A stretch of 64,000 bases of DNA. Source: Dehalococcoidia bacterium (GTDB taxonomy: Bacteria > Chloroflexota > Dehalococcoidia > Bin125). The translations under genes were made by a program, and so were the position numbers. Of this stretch, positions 28,517 to 38,609 are shown one piece after another (position 1 is the stretch's first letter; every line of letters starts with the position of its first letter). A model generated the notes under the pieces. It ran no database searches and was not told where the DNA came from. It was given only the letters and a program-made list of their open reading frames with translations. The stretch spans positions 2,816,771 through 2,880,770 of the forward strand of contig OZ244584.1 in assembly GCA_965218115.1 (NCBI GenBank), in the 5' to 3' direction.

Positions 28517-29395
28517 TCAGTCGGCGAGGAAGGACTCGACGGCGTCGAGGAATGTCTCGAGCTGATCGTGGTGGACCCAGTGGCCGGCGTTCTCGACGCC
28601 GATGAGCTGGGCCTGGGGGAAGGAGTTGGTTCGCTCGTCGCCGTGCGGGTCGCCGGCGCTTTCGAGACCGTTGACCAGCAGCGCGGGCATCCGCACGCGA
28701 TTCCAGATCTCTTCGGCGTCGGTCTCGTTGAACGGGTAGGGCGAGGAGGAGCGCGCGTAGTTGTCGAACTTCCAGGCGAACGTGCCGTCTTCGTTCTGGT
28801 TGACGGCGTGCGTGGTGAGGTGCAGCGCCTGCTCATTGGAGAGCCGAGGGTTGGCCGCGCGCATGCGCGCGATCGCGTCCTCGAGCGAGGCGTAGCGGTG
28901 CGGCAGGCGGCCGGCGAATCCGCGCGTGCTCTCGATCCACGATGACATGCGCTGGTCAGCGGGGCGCTCGGAGTGTGCGTCGATCTCGCGCCGCGAGGGG
29001 CTGAGTCCCTCAACGGCGATCAGGCGCGCGACGTTCTCGGGGTAGATGCCGGCATACTCGAGGCAGATGCGGCCGCCGAGCGAGTGCCCGAGCAGAGTGA
29101 CCGGCGCGAGGTCCTGCTGGCGGACCAGGTGGGCGAGGTCGTAGACGTAGTCGATCATCGCGTAGCCCGAACCGATCACCCACTGCGAGTCGCCGTGGCC
29201 GCGCAGGTCCGGGGCGATCACGTGGTAGCGGTCGCGCAGCGCCAGGGCCACCCAGTCCCACGAGCGGCAGTGGTCGCGTCCGCCGTGCACGAGGATCAGC
29301 GGCGGCGCGTCGGGGTTGCCCCAGTCGACGTAGTGCAGGCGCAGGCGCTGCGAAAAGTAGGTGTGCGAGGCGGGGTAGTCGTTCAGCTCAGGCAT
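28517..29395 (-). CDS. alpha/beta-fold hydrolase
   Basis: 'LILVHGGRDHCRSW...LLGHSLGGRI' nucleophile elbow GHSLGG. Confidence 0.85.
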   Translation of the reverse strand: MPELNDYPASHTYFSQRLRLHYVDWGNPDAPPLILVHGGRDHCRSWDWVALALRDRYHVIAPDLRGHGDSQWVIGSGYAMIDYVYDLAHLVRQQDLAPVTLLGHSLGGRICLEYAGIYPENVARLIAVEGLSPSRREIDAHSERPADQRMSSWIESTRGFAGRLPHRYASLEDAIARMRAANPRLSNEQALHLTTHAVNQNEDGTFAWKFDNYARSSSPYPFNETDAEEIWNRVRMPALLVNGLESAGDPHGDERTNSFPQAQLIGVENAGHWVHHDQLETFLDAVESFLAD

Positions 29396-29431
29396 GCGGG
29401 GAGCGTATCCGACGATCGGGAATGCGCTAGG

Positions 29432-29661
29432 AAAGCTCTGAACAAGCCGGATCCGCTCTCCCCCCCGCTGACCACATTGAGTGGTCAGCGGAATCCGGAT
29501 CTCCTCTCCCCCCGCTCTGCGGGGGGAGATGTCCCGTAGGGACAGAGGGGGGCCCGATCCTGTCCGACCAGATACAGCGACGGCAGTGAGTCGGAACCGC
29601 AGCCCCCCTCTGCCTGCGGCCTCTCCCCCCGCAAAGCGGGGGGAGAGTTGTTCAGAGCTTT
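29432..29661. repeat. MITE-like element, copy C (230 bp, 14-bp TIRs AAAGCTCTGAACAA; two CTCCCCCCGC...GCGGGGGGAG hairpins plus GCTGACCAC-ATTGA-GTGGTCAGC hairpin)
   Basis: TIRs 29432..29445 and 29648..29661; shares modules with copies A/B/D. Confidence 0.7.
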
Positions 29662-29713
29662 ACTGGCGAGGCGGGAGGGGCGCATCGCGGGGGCATATCC
29701 CAGGCAGGGGGGC

Positions 29714-30829
29714 TCAGGAGAGCGCCAGATTATTGCGGTGCACGACCTCGCTGCCGAAGTCATAGCCCAGCGTGGACTCGATCTTGGTTGAGCTCTGGCC
29801 GCGGATCCGCTCGATGTCGGTGGCGGAGTAGTTGCTCAGGCCGACGCCGATCTGCGCGCCTTCGGGATCGTGCAGGGCGACGATGTCGCCGCGCTCGAAG
29901 CGGCCGTGGACGGCGACGATGCCGGCGGGCAGGAGGCTGCGGCCCTGTGCGCCGATCGCGCGGGCCGCGCCGGCGTCGAGCACGAGCGCGCCGCCCTCGC
30001 CGAGGCCGGCAAGCAGCCAGCGCTTGCGGCTCTCACGGACGCTGGCGGCGGCCGGCACGCAGGTCCCGATCTGCTCGCCGCGGGCGATCCGCACGATCGC
30101 GTCGGGCTCGCGTCCGTTGGCGATCACGACCGTGGTGCCGCTCGAGGCGGCGAGTTGTGCGGCTTCGAGCTTGGCACGCATGCCGCCGCGGCTGCGTTCC
30201 CCGACCGCGCCGGCGATCGCGAGCATCTCGCTGGGGCGCGGCAGGTCTCGGAGCAGCGTGGCGTCGGCGTGGATGCGTGGGTCGCGGTCGTAGACGCCGT
30301 CGACATCGCTGAGCAAGATCAGCAGGTCGGCGTCGATCAGGTTGGCGACGAGCGCGGAGAGCGCGTCGTTTTCGCCGAACGAGCCGCCGCGCAGCTCTTC
30401 GTCCGCGACGACATCGTTCTCATTGATGATCGGCACCACGCCGAAGCGGAGCAGGCGCAGCAGGGTGTTGCGGACGTTGAGATAGCCGAGCCGCTCGGCG
30501 ACATCGGCACGGGTGATCAGCGCTTGCGCGGCGGTCAGATCGTGGCGCTGGAGGAGCTGGTCGTAGCGCTCCACGAGATGGGCCTGGCCGATCGCGGCGA
30601 GGGCCTGGCGCTGGCCGATGCTGGTCTGGTCGCTGCGCGCGCCGACGCGGGCGCGTCCGGCGGCGACGGCGCCGCTGGTGACGATCGCGACCTCGGCGGA
30701 GTCGGCGCGCAGCTCGGCGATCTGGCGCACGAGGTCTTCGAGCACCAGCGTGTCGAGCCGATCACCGCCGGCGGTGAGCAGATTCGTGCCGAACTTCGCG
30801 ATCACCCGCTGCGGGCGTGGTGCCGTCAC
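29714..30829 (-). CDS. proB: glutamate 5-kinase
   Basis: 'VIAKFGTNLLT...VAIVTSGAVAAG' amino-acid kinase domain plus C-terminal PUA; 371 aa. Confidence 0.9.
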   Translation of the reverse strand: MTAPRPQRVIAKFGTNLLTAGGDRLDTLVLEDLVRQIAELRADSAEVAIVTSGAVAAGRARVGARSDQTSIGQRQALAAIGQAHLVERYDQLLQRHDLTAAQALITRADVAERLGYLNVRNTLLRLLRFGVVPIINENDVVADEELRGGSFGENDALSALVANLIDADLLILLSDVDGVYDRDPRIHADATLLRDLPRPSEMLAIAGAVGERSRGGMRAKLEAAQLAASSGTTVVIANGREPDAIVRIARGEQIGTCVPAAASVRESRKRWLLAGLGEGGALVLDAGAARAIGAQGRSLLPAGIVAVHGRFERGDIVALHDPEGAQIGVGLSNYSATDIERIRGQSSTKIESTLGYDFGSEVVHRNNLALS

Positions 30830-30897
30830 GGTCGGTCTCCCTGGGCACTGCGGCGGGGCTTGGGCGCAGTCGCGTTGCGGTGCCGCATAATCACACT

Positions 30898-31986
30898 ATG
30901 CACGTTGACGTTCAGCATTGGTTGCGATGGTGGGGCCTGCATGTGACGTGGGCGTTGCATGACGCACGGACGCTGACGAAACGGACGGTCGCGGAGTTCT
31001 TCGACGATCACTGCACGCAGCTCGCGGCATCGATGTCCTATTACATCCTCTTCTCGATCTTCCCACTCGCGATCCTTCTGGTCTCGATCGCAGGTCTCAT
31101 TCTGACCGACGATGCGCTGCGCGAGCAGGTTGTTGATGCGTTGCTGGAGGCGCTGCCGGTCTCGTCGGGGGCGGCGCGCGAGGACCTCGAGTCGTTGATC
31201 GACCCGATCGCGCAAGGTCGTTCGGCGGTCGGGTTGCTCTCGATTCTGGGCTTGCTGTGGGGCGCATCGGGGATGATGGGGGCGCTGCGCTTCTCGCTCA
31301 ACACCGCCTGGGATCACGAGTATCGACGTCCGTTCGTGCGCGGCAAGCTGGTCGACTTCGGGCTGGTACTCGGCGTCGGCGGGCTGCTGGCGCTGTCGAT
31401 CGGGGCGACGTTGCTGCTGCAGGTCGCCCGCAACGTGAGCGGCGACATCGCGGATGCGCTCGGGCCGTTCGGACCCGGCGCCGGCGGGTTGGTGACCGTG
31501 ATCGCGCTGCTGGCGCCGTTCCTGCTCACCACGACGACCTTTGTGCTGGTGTTCACCGTGGTGCCCAGCGTGCGCGTGCGGAAGCGCGACGCGCTGGCCG
31601 GGGCGCTGCTCTCGGCTGTGCTCTTCGAGCTGCTCAAGAACGGGTTCGCCTGGTATCTGAGCAACTTCTCGAACTACGACGCGGTCTACGGATCGCTGGG
31701 CGCGACGATCGCGCTGCTGTTCTTCATCTACCTCAGCGCGTGCGTGATGCTGTTGGGCGCGGAACTCGCGGCCGAGTGGCCGCGGGTGCTGCACGGGCAC
31801 TACGACGCCGAGCTCGATTCGGTCACCGGCGGTCGCACGGGACCGTGGTATCAGCGCGCGCTGCTGGCGGCGACGGGACTGGTGTTGGAGGAAGACGACA
31901 CGCCGGAGGCGACGCCGGATCTGGAGGCGAGCGCGGCGCGCCAGGATCGTCGTGCGGCGGAGCGGGGCAAGCGGCTGAAACGGTAG
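30898..31986 (+). CDS. YihY/BrkB-family inner-membrane protein
   Basis: 'AASMSYYILFSIFPLAILLVSI' YihY signature, 6 TM; start moved to ATG 30898 to avoid overlap with proB. Confidence 0.8.
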   Translation: MHVDVQHWLRWWGLHVTWALHDARTLTKRTVAEFFDDHCTQLAASMSYYILFSIFPLAILLVSIAGLILTDDALREQVVDALLEALPVSSGAAREDLESLIDPIAQGRSAVGLLSILGLLWGASGMMGALRFSLNTAWDHEYRRPFVRGKLVDFGLVLGVGGLLALSIGATLLLQVARNVSGDIADALGPFGPGAGGLVTVIALLAPFLLTTTTFVLVFTVVPSVRVRKRDALAGALLSAVLFELLKNGFAWYLSNFSNYDAVYGSLGATIALLFFIYLSACVMLLGAELAAEWPRVLHGHYDAELDSVTGGRTGPWYQRALLAATGLVLEEDDTPEATPDLEASAARQDRRAAERGKRLKR

Positions 31987-31988
31987 GC

Positions 31989-32170
31989 AAGCTCTAAATG
32001 ACTCTCCCCCCGCTTTGCGGGGGGAGATGCCGAAGGCAGAGGGGGGCTGCGGTCCCGACTCACCGGCGTGGCTGTATCTGGCGAAGCGGGGACGCCCCCC
32101 TCTGTCACTCCGTGACATCTCCCCCCGCAGAGCGGGGGGAGATTGGGTCCGACTTGCTCAGAGGATTCCT
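31989..32170. repeat. MITE-like element, copy D (degenerate ends; two poly-C/poly-G hairpins and GTCAC-TCC-GTGAC)
   Basis: 32012..32038 and 32117..32143 hairpins; same modules as copy A. Confidence 0.6.
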
Positions 32171-32193
32171 GGACGCCCCGCAACCGGGACGGA

Positions 32194-35100
32194 TCAGGCG
32201 CGGTCCAGTGAGAACTGGAGCTGTGCGCCCTCGATGCTGGCCGAGGCTTGGTGGGTGCGCTCGTTGGCGCTGAAGGCGATGTCGGTCGCGAGCGTCTCGG
32301 CGGCGATCAGGTCTTCGAACGTTGCGAGGGCGGCGCCCAACTCCTCGTCGCCCGTGGCGAGCGTGAGGGCGATGCGGTCGACGGGATCGAGTCCGCTGTC
32401 ACGGCGGAGATTTTGGATGCGGTGAATGACCTCGCGCGCGAGGCCTTCCTGGGCGAGCGACTCGCTGACATCGGTGTCGAGCGAGACGCTGCAGACCTCG
32501 TCTTCAGCGCTGGCAGCCGCCGAGTCGCCGCCCGTTTCGCTCTCGATCAGCAGGTCGTCGGGGCCGAGCGCGATGCCCTCGATCTCGACGGTCTGACCGG
32601 CCTCGACAGCCTGAGCGATGTGCGAGGCGAGCTCGGCTGGCAGCGACGTGAGCGCGCCGCGCAGCCCGGGCAGTTGCGGGCCGAGGCGGGGGCCGAGCAC
32701 GCGCAGGTTCGGCTTGATCGTGTAGCGGCGCGAGCTTGAGCCGGCCTCGGCGAGGCTGACGCGTTTGACGTTGAGTTCGTCGGCGATCGTGCCGGCGTGG
32801 CGCTGGACGGTTGCGGCGTCGGCGGCGCTGCGGACGGCGACGCTGACGGCCGCGAGCGGCTGGCGGACCCGAATCCCGGCCGAGCTACGGGCCGCCCGTC
32901 CCAGCGAGGCGACGCGTTGGACGAGGGCCATCTCGTCGTTCAGCGCGTGGTCGATTTGGTCGGCGTCGGCAGTCGGCCAGTCGGCCAGATGCACGGACTC
33001 GGCGGCGTTCTGGTCGTGCTCGGCGACTAGGTTGCGCCACATCTCCTCGGCGAGGTACGGCGTCAGCGGCGCGAGCAGCCGCGCCAGTGTCGTGAGCACG
33101 GTGTGCAGCGTCTCGTAGGCGGACCTCTTGGCGACGAGATCGGCGGCTGCGCCGGTCCGGGCAGAGGACCAGAAGCGACGGCGGCTGCGGCGCACGTACC
33201 AATTGCTGAGCACGTCGACAAAGCGTTCGAGCGCGCGGGCGGCCGCGGTGGCGTCGTAGTCGTCGAGCGCGGCGGTCTCACGCTCGACCAGCTCGTTGAG
33301 CTCGCTGAGGATCCAGCGGTCGAGGTCAAGCCTGGGCGTCGGCGGGTCGCTCGATGGCCGCCAGCCGTCGATGTTGGCGTAGGTGACGAAGAACGCGTAG
33401 GTGTTCCAGAGCGTGTGCAGGAAGCGCCGCTGGGCCTCGCCGACGAGGCGCTCGGAGAAGCGGCGCGGATTGCCGGCGGGTGAGGCGACGTAGCAGTACC
33501 AGCGCAGCGCGTCCGCGCCGTGGGCGTCGAGCACCGACCAGGGGTCAACCACGTTGCCGCGCGACTTGCTCATCTTCTCGCCCTGCTCGTCGAGGATGTG
33601 CCCGAGCGAGATGACGTGCCGGAAGGAGGTCGGCACCGGGACGGCCGCGGCGCTGTGCAGCAGCACGGCCTCGGCGTGCAGCGAGTAAAACCAGCCGCGC
33701 GTCTGGTCGACGGCCTCGCAGATGAAGTCGGCGGGGAAGCGCTCGTCGAACGTCGCCTGGTTCTCGAAGGGATAGTGCCACTGGGCGTAGGGCATCGCGC
33801 CGCTGTCGAACCAGGCATCGGCGACTTCGGGGATGCGTGTGGCGGTCCCGCCGCAGCTCTCGCACTTGACCAGCACGTCATCAACGACGGGGCGGTGCGG
33901 GTCGCTGAGGTCGGGCGGCCAGCTGGCGTCGTTGTTGGCGTCGTGGTCGAGCGCGCGGTTGCGCAGCTCGTCGAAGGAGCCGACGCAGCTGGTGTCGCCG
34001 CACTCCTGGCAGCGCCAGATCGGCAGCGGAGTGCCCCAATAGCGCTCGCGGCTGACGGCCCAGTCGACGTTGTTCGAGAGCCAGTCGCCGTAACGGCCGT
34101 GGCGGATGTGCTCGGGATGCCACTGGATCAGGTGCTCGTTGCTGTCTTCGAGCGCGCCGCGCAGCCGGCTGGTGGCGATGTACCAGGAGGGCTTGGCGTA
34201 GTAGAGCAGCGGGGTGTCGCAGCGCCAGCAGAACGGGTAGGTGTGGCTGATCGTCTCGCGGCGCGGCAACATGCCGCGCTCGGCGAGGTCGGACATGATC
34301 TCCTCGTCGGCGTCCTTGACCCATTTGCCCACGAACGACGGGCCGAGCGAGGGATCGCCGCTGATGATCCCGCGCAGGTCGACGGGCTGGCGAAAGAGCA
34401 GGTCGCGATCACGGCCGAGCAGGTAGTCGTCCTCGCCGAAGCCGGGCGCGATGTGGACGATCCCGGTGCCGTCCTCCATCGAGACGAAGCCGGCGGTGAC
34501 GACGCGTCGAGCGGGCAGTTCGCCCTCGCATTCGACCAGGCGTGGGCCGTCGAAGCGCCAGGTCGGGTTGCCCCATGCGTCAGGGTCGTAAAGGCCCTCG
34601 TAGGTCACATCTTCGAGCTCGGCGCCGCTCACGCGGGCGACGACGCGTGCGCCGTCGGCGATCTCGACGCCGTCAAGCGCTTGCTCGACGAGGCGCTCGG
34701 CGAAGAGCAGGCGGTCGCCGTTGGCGAGTTCGACCGCTGCGTAGCTCTCATCGGCGGCGACGGCCAGACCGCTGTTGGCGGGCAGGGTCCACGGCGTGGT
34801 GGTCCAGGCCAGGAAGTCGGTGACGCCGTCGTGCCGGAGTGCCGTGGGCAGCGAGTCGTTGTGGGCGCGGAAGCGGATCCAGATGCTGGGGTCAACGGTG
34901 TTTTCTTCGTAACCCTGCGCGACCTCGTGGCTGGAGAGCGACGTTTCGCAACGCGGGCAGTGCGGCGTGGTGCGGCGGGCTTCGTAGATCAGGCCCTGGT
35001 CCCAGAGGGTCTTGATGATCCACCAGCACGACTCGATGTACTCGGGCGTGTAGGTGCGGTAGGCGTCGCTCATGTCGATCCAGAAGGCGACGCGATCGGT

Positions 35101-35523
35101 CATGTCCTCCCACTGCTCGACGTAGCGCATCACGGATTCGCGGCACTGGCGATTGAACTCGGCGATCCCGTAGTCCTCGATCTCGGCCTTCGAGCGCAGG
35201 CCCAGCGCGCGCTCGACCTCGAGCTCGACGGGCAGGCCGTGGGTATCCCAGCCGCCCTTGCGGGGCACGCGCATGCCGCGCATCGTCTGGTAGCGGGGGA
35301 ACAGGTCCTTGAAGACGCGCGAGAGCACGTGGTGCACGCCGGGCGCTCCGTTCGCGGTGGGCGGGCCTTCGAAGAAGGAGAAGATCCTGTCGGCGGGGCG
35401 CTCTTCGATGCTGCGACGGAAGATCTCGCGCTCGCGCCAGAAGTCGCGGACGCGCGCCTCCAGCTCGGCGTGTGGGAGCATCGTGCCGACCGGCCGGAAT
35501 GGACCCGTGGCGACCTCAGTCAT
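32194..35523 (-). CDS. ileS: isoleucyl-tRNA synthetase (type 2, 1109 aa)
   Basis: Class I aaRS HIGH-like 'PPTANGAPGVHH', 'KMSKS', editing CP1 domain; length and N-terminus match type-2 IleS. Confidence 0.95.
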   Translation of the reverse strand: MTEVATGPFRPVGTMLPHAELEARVRDFWREREIFRRSIEERPADRIFSFFEGPPTANGAPGVHHVLSRVFKDLFPRYQTMRGMRVPRKGGWDTHGLPVELEVERALGLRSKAEIEDYGIAEFNRQCRESVMRYVEQWEDMTDRVAFWIDMSDAYRTYTPEYIESCWWIIKTLWDQGLIYEARRTTPHCPRCETSLSSHEVAQGYEENTVDPSIWIRFRAHNDSLPTALRHDGVTDFLAWTTTPWTLPANSGLAVAADESYAAVELANGDRLLFAERLVEQALDGVEIADGARVVARVSGAELEDVTYEGLYDPDAWGNPTWRFDGPRLVECEGELPARRVVTAGFVSMEDGTGIVHIAPGFGEDDYLLGRDRDLLFRQPVDLRGIISGDPSLGPSFVGKWVKDADEEIMSDLAERGMLPRRETISHTYPFCWRCDTPLLYYAKPSWYIATSRLRGALEDSNEHLIQWHPEHIRHGRYGDWLSNNVDWAVSRERYWGTPLPIWRCQECGDTSCVGSFDELRNRALDHDANNDASWPPDLSDPHRPVVDDVLVKCESCGGTATRIPEVADAWFDSGAMPYAQWHYPFENQATFDERFPADFICEAVDQTRGWFYSLHAEAVLLHSAAAVPVPTSFRHVISLGHILDEQGEKMSKSRGNVVDPWSVLDAHGADALRWYCYVASPAGNPRRFSERLVGEAQRRFLHTLWNTYAFFVTYANIDGWRPSSDPPTPRLDLDRWILSELNELVERETAALDDYDATAAARALERFVDVLSNWYVRRSRRRFWSSARTGAAADLVAKRSAYETLHTVLTTLARLLAPLTPYLAEEMWRNLVAEHDQNAAESVHLADWPTADADQIDHALNDEMALVQRVASLGRAARSSAGIRVRQPLAAVSVAVRSAADAATVQRHAGTIADELNVKRVSLAEAGSSSRRYTIKPNLRVLGPRLGPQLPGLRGALTSLPAELASHIAQAVEAGQTVEIEGIALGPDDLLIESETGGDSAAASAEDEVCSVSLDTDVSESLAQEGLAREVIHRIQNLRRDSGLDPVDRIALTLATGDEELGAALATFEDLIAAETLATDIAFSANERTHQASASIEGAQLQFSLDRA

Positions 35524-35845
35524 CGCTCGGCTCCTCCGTTTCGGCGGGCGGCGCCGTGTCGGGCACCCGCTCGGCGATGATCAAGTCAGCCAGCTCGCAG
35601 ATCAGCGCGCGAGTCTCGCCGTCGAGCTCGGCATCCATGCGGTCAACCATGAAGCGGACGTAGGCGCGCGCCTGCCGGCCGGAGGTCACTTCGTCGGCGA
35701 CGAGGGCTTCGTCAACCAGCCCCTGAGCGACGCTGCCGGGGTCCTGGCGAATCTCGCGGACGCGTTCAGCGACTTCGCGTTGTTGTGGGCTGGGTCGGCG
35801 TAGCAGGCGTGCGAGGCGACCGCGGTCGTCTTCCGGCTCCGGCAT
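35516..35845 (-). CDS. small acidic hypothetical protein (109 aa) co-transcribed upstream of ileS
   Basis: ORF overlapping ileS start by 8 nt; host-like codon usage; no recognisable domain. Confidence 0.45.
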   Translation of the reverse strand: MPEPEDDRGRLARLLRRPSPQQREVAERVREIRQDPGSVAQGLVDEALVADEVTSGRQARAYVRFMVDRMDAELDGETRALICELADLIIAERVPDTAPPAETEEPSDD

Positions 35846-35867
35846 CTGCGCTCCGTGGGGGTCTGGA

Positions 35868-36341
35868 TCAGGCGCGGCTGCGTTCGCTGTCGGGAATTTC
35901 GGCGCCCGGCTTGGGCGGAATCAGACCGTTGCGCAGGTCCTGGTTGATGCCGTCGACGTGGCAGGGCCGCTGGCCCCAGCGATTCTGCATTTCGTCCATC
36001 TGATAGCCGAGCGTCATGATCCGCTTCACCGTCGAGCAAAAGACGGGCCGGTCGCCGCGCGGCAGGAAGGGCACTTCGATCATGTCGCCGCACATCGCGC
36101 AGGCGGCGGGATGCATCTGTCGCGGCGTGCGGCCGCCGAACGAGGCGGCGCCGCCGTAGCGGACGTAGCCCGAGGATGATTCGAGCGTGGTACGCGCGCT
36201 CTTGCGCGCGGTGCGGCAGTCGGGGCAGCGCACGGGGTCGTTCTGCAGCCCCTTGCTGGCGTAGAACTCCTGCTCGCCGGCGGTGAAGATGAAATCTCGC
36301 CCGCAGTCGCGGCAGAGAATTGACCGATCCTGCATCGCCAT
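35868..36341 (-). CDS. duplicated zinc-ribbon (zf-trcl-like) protein
   Basis: 'CRDCGRDFIFTAGEQEFYASKGLQNDPVRCPDCR' matches zf-trcl pattern C-x2-C-G-x2-F-x-FT-x-GEQ-x-F...RC-x2-CR; second degenerate ribbon 'CAMCG...RPVFCSTV'. Confidence 0.6.
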   Translation of the reverse strand: MAMQDRSILCRDCGRDFIFTAGEQEFYASKGLQNDPVRCPDCRTARKSARTTLESSSGYVRYGGAASFGGRTPRQMHPAACAMCGDMIEVPFLPRGDRPVFCSTVKRIMTLGYQMDEMQNRWGQRPCHVDGINQDLRNGLIPPKPGAEIPDSERSRA

Positions 36342-36447
36342 CGTGTACCCCTCTGGTGGCCGCTAAGCCGTGCGTAAGCCGTCCGTGAGCCGTCGCTGAG
36401 CGATCATCGTGAATCCCGGCCCGCATTCGACGATATCAGAGCGTCAC

Positions 36448-38136
36448 TCAGCCGCGAACGCGCGCGAGCGCCTGTTCGACGCGTGCGAACAGAGCGGACG
36501 CCTCGTGGTGGCGCAGGATCAGGCAGACCGCGCCGTAGATCACCGCGCCGCTGACCGAGCAGGCGAGCATCGCGAACCAGGAATCGGCCCCGAAGCGTGG
36601 GTCGGCCCCGAGCAGCTCGAGCAGCACGAACACGACCTGGGCCATCACCGCGGAGGCGAGCAGGGTCTTGAAGATCGAGCCGAACAGGGCTCGCGACCAG
36701 AGCCTGCCATCGAGCCGCAGGTTGAGCAGCACGAACAGCAGCAGCGCCTCGCCGATCGTGGCGATCGAGAGCGCGAGCGCCAGCCCGCGCAGCTCAAGCG
36801 CATCGACCAGCGCGGCGGCGAGGATCAGGTTGGCGAGCATCGAGCTGATCGCCAGCGCGACGGGCGTGCGCGTGTCGCCGAGCACGTAGAAGCCGCGCGA
36901 GAGGATTTCGATCGCGGCGTGGGCGAAGAGGGCGATCGAATAGAAGAGCAGCGCCTCGCTGACCAGCTGGGTGGCGGCCGAGTCGAAGGCGCCGTGCTCG
37001 AGCAGCGTCTTGACGATCGTGTCACGCAGCATCAGCATCCCGACGCTCGCGGGGATGCTGAGGAAGAGCGTGAAGCGCAGCACCTGGCTGACCATCCGCT
37101 CCACGGCCTCCTTGCCGCCGGTGGCCGCGCGCTCGGCGAGCGTGGGGAAGATCGCGGTGGCCAGCGACATGCCGAACAGGCCGACGGGGAACATCAGGAT
37201 CAGCCAGGCGAAGTTGAGCGCGGAGATTGAGGAGTCGCCCACGAGCGAGCCGAAGAAGGTGAGCGCGATCAGGTTGATCTGGGCGGCCGCGAGGCCGAGC
37301 ATCCGCGGGCCCATCAGCCGCAGCACCTCGCGGACGGCCGGCTCGCGGAGGCTCAGCGAGGGGCGCAGGCGCGCGCCGACGGCGGAGAGGGCCGGCAGCT
37401 GGATCAGCAGGTGCGCGCCCGTTCCGGCGATCACGCCGATCGCGAGCGCCTCGACGCCGAAGCGCTCCGGCAGCAGCAGCGCGCCGAGGATGATCCCAAG
37501 GTTGTAGAGCATCGGCGCGATGCCGGGCAGCAGGAAATGCCGCCGGGCGTGGAGCATTCCGGTGATCATGCCCGAGATCGCAAACAGGATCGGCGAGATC
37601 AGCAGGACGCGGGTGAGGAAGATCGCGTCGTTGAGCGCCTCCTCCTGCACGCCGCTGTCTTCGCCGAGGCCGGGCGCGAGCGCGGGCACGATCAGGTCGG
37701 CGAACATGAAGAACAGCACCGCGAGTGCGATCGTGCCGATCAGCACCCAGTTGAGCACGATGCTTGCGAGACGCCAGGCGGCCCAGTCGCCGCGGTCGTT
37801 GAGCACCCGCGCGAAGACGGGGATGAAGGCGGCGGCCAGCGTCGCGCCGGCGAGCAGCTGAAACACGAGGTCGGGCAGCCGCATCGCGACCCAGAAGGCG
37901 TCGAGTTCGACGGTCGCGCCGTACTGGTCGGCGATCACCACCGCGCGGGCCGCGCCGAGCAGACGACTACCGAGGAAGGCGAAGCCGAGCAGCACGGCAG
38001 CGCCGGCGACGCCGACCGACGGCCCGAGCAGCAGGTCGCGCAGGCTCGGTCGGCGACCGGACGGCGGCGAGATCGTCGGCGTAGCGATTGGCCTGGCTCC
38101 CCCACGGTCACGCACGCCGCACGCCGCGTGAGCCAC
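36448..38136 (-). CDS. murJ: lipid II flippase MurJ (MviN)
   Basis: 14-TM protein; N-terminal 'LGSRLLGAARAVVIADQYGAT.ELDAFWVAMRLPDLVFQ' matches MurJ consensus; true start may lie about 60-90 nt downstream of 38136. Confidence 0.85.
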   Translation of the reverse strand: MAHAACGVRDRGGARPIATPTISPPSGRRPSLRDLLLGPSVGVAGAAVLLGFAFLGSRLLGAARAVVIADQYGATVELDAFWVAMRLPDLVFQLLAGATLAAAFIPVFARVLNDRGDWAAWRLASIVLNWVLIGTIALAVLFFMFADLIVPALAPGLGEDSGVQEEALNDAIFLTRVLLISPILFAISGMITGMLHARRHFLLPGIAPMLYNLGIILGALLLPERFGVEALAIGVIAGTGAHLLIQLPALSAVGARLRPSLSLREPAVREVLRLMGPRMLGLAAAQINLIALTFFGSLVGDSSISALNFAWLILMFPVGLFGMSLATAIFPTLAERAATGGKEAVERMVSQVLRFTLFLSIPASVGMLMLRDTIVKTLLEHGAFDSAATQLVSEALLFYSIALFAHAAIEILSRGFYVLGDTRTPVALAISSMLANLILAAALVDALELRGLALALSIATIGEALLLFVLLNLRLDGRLWSRALFGSIFKTLLASAVMAQVVFVLLELLGADPRFGADSWFAMLACSVSGAVIYGAVCLILRHHEASALFARVEQALARVRG

Positions 38137-38267
38137 GCGCGCGAGGCGCCCGGCGCCGCACGGCTGAACGCGCTCGGCGGCTCGGCCACTGTGGCACGCC
38201 CGGCGCGGAGCCGTTGGACACTCCCCAGAGTCGTGTTTACGATAGCTGTGGTTCGAGGAGGAACGCC

Positions 38268-38609
38268 GTGCCGAATAAGGCCGCCGCCATCAAGTATCTA
38301 CGCGCCTCGCAGCGGCGCCGCATGCGCAACAAGCCGGTGCGGACGTACGCCCGCACGACCGTGCGCGCCGCGCTGGAGGCGATCGACGACGCATCCGACA
38401 CGCTGGAGAGCGCCGACTGGGGCGACGCCGAAGCGCGCATCCGCGACGCGGTCAGCGCGCTTGACCGAGCAGCGCAGAAGGGCGTGATCCACGCCAACAC
38501 GGCCGCGCGCCGCAAGTCGCGGCTGCTGCGTCAGTTCCATCACGCCCGCAACCCCGACGCCCCGTCCAACCCGCGCGTCCCCAGCCCCGTACCCGCCAAG
38601 GTTCCTTAG
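38268..38609 (+). CDS. rpsT: 30S ribosomal protein S20 with Pro-rich C-terminal extension
   Basis: GTG start 5 nt after 'GAGGAGGAA'; 'KAAAIKYLRASQRRRMRNK...AAQKGVIHANTAARRKSRL' S20 signature. Confidence 0.85.
   Translation: MPNKAAAIKYLRASQRRRMRNKPVRTYARTTVRAALEAIDDASDTLESADWGDAEARIRDAVSALDRAAQKGVIHANTAARRKSRLLRQFHHARNPDAPSNPRVPSPVPAKVP

Noticed and set aside
27388-29013. Long 541-aa form of the LLM oxidoreductase ORF
   Set aside because: The N-terminal 178 aa are low-complexity and overlap the alpha/beta hydrolase gene. The conserved LLM N-terminus starts at the internal Met (28479).
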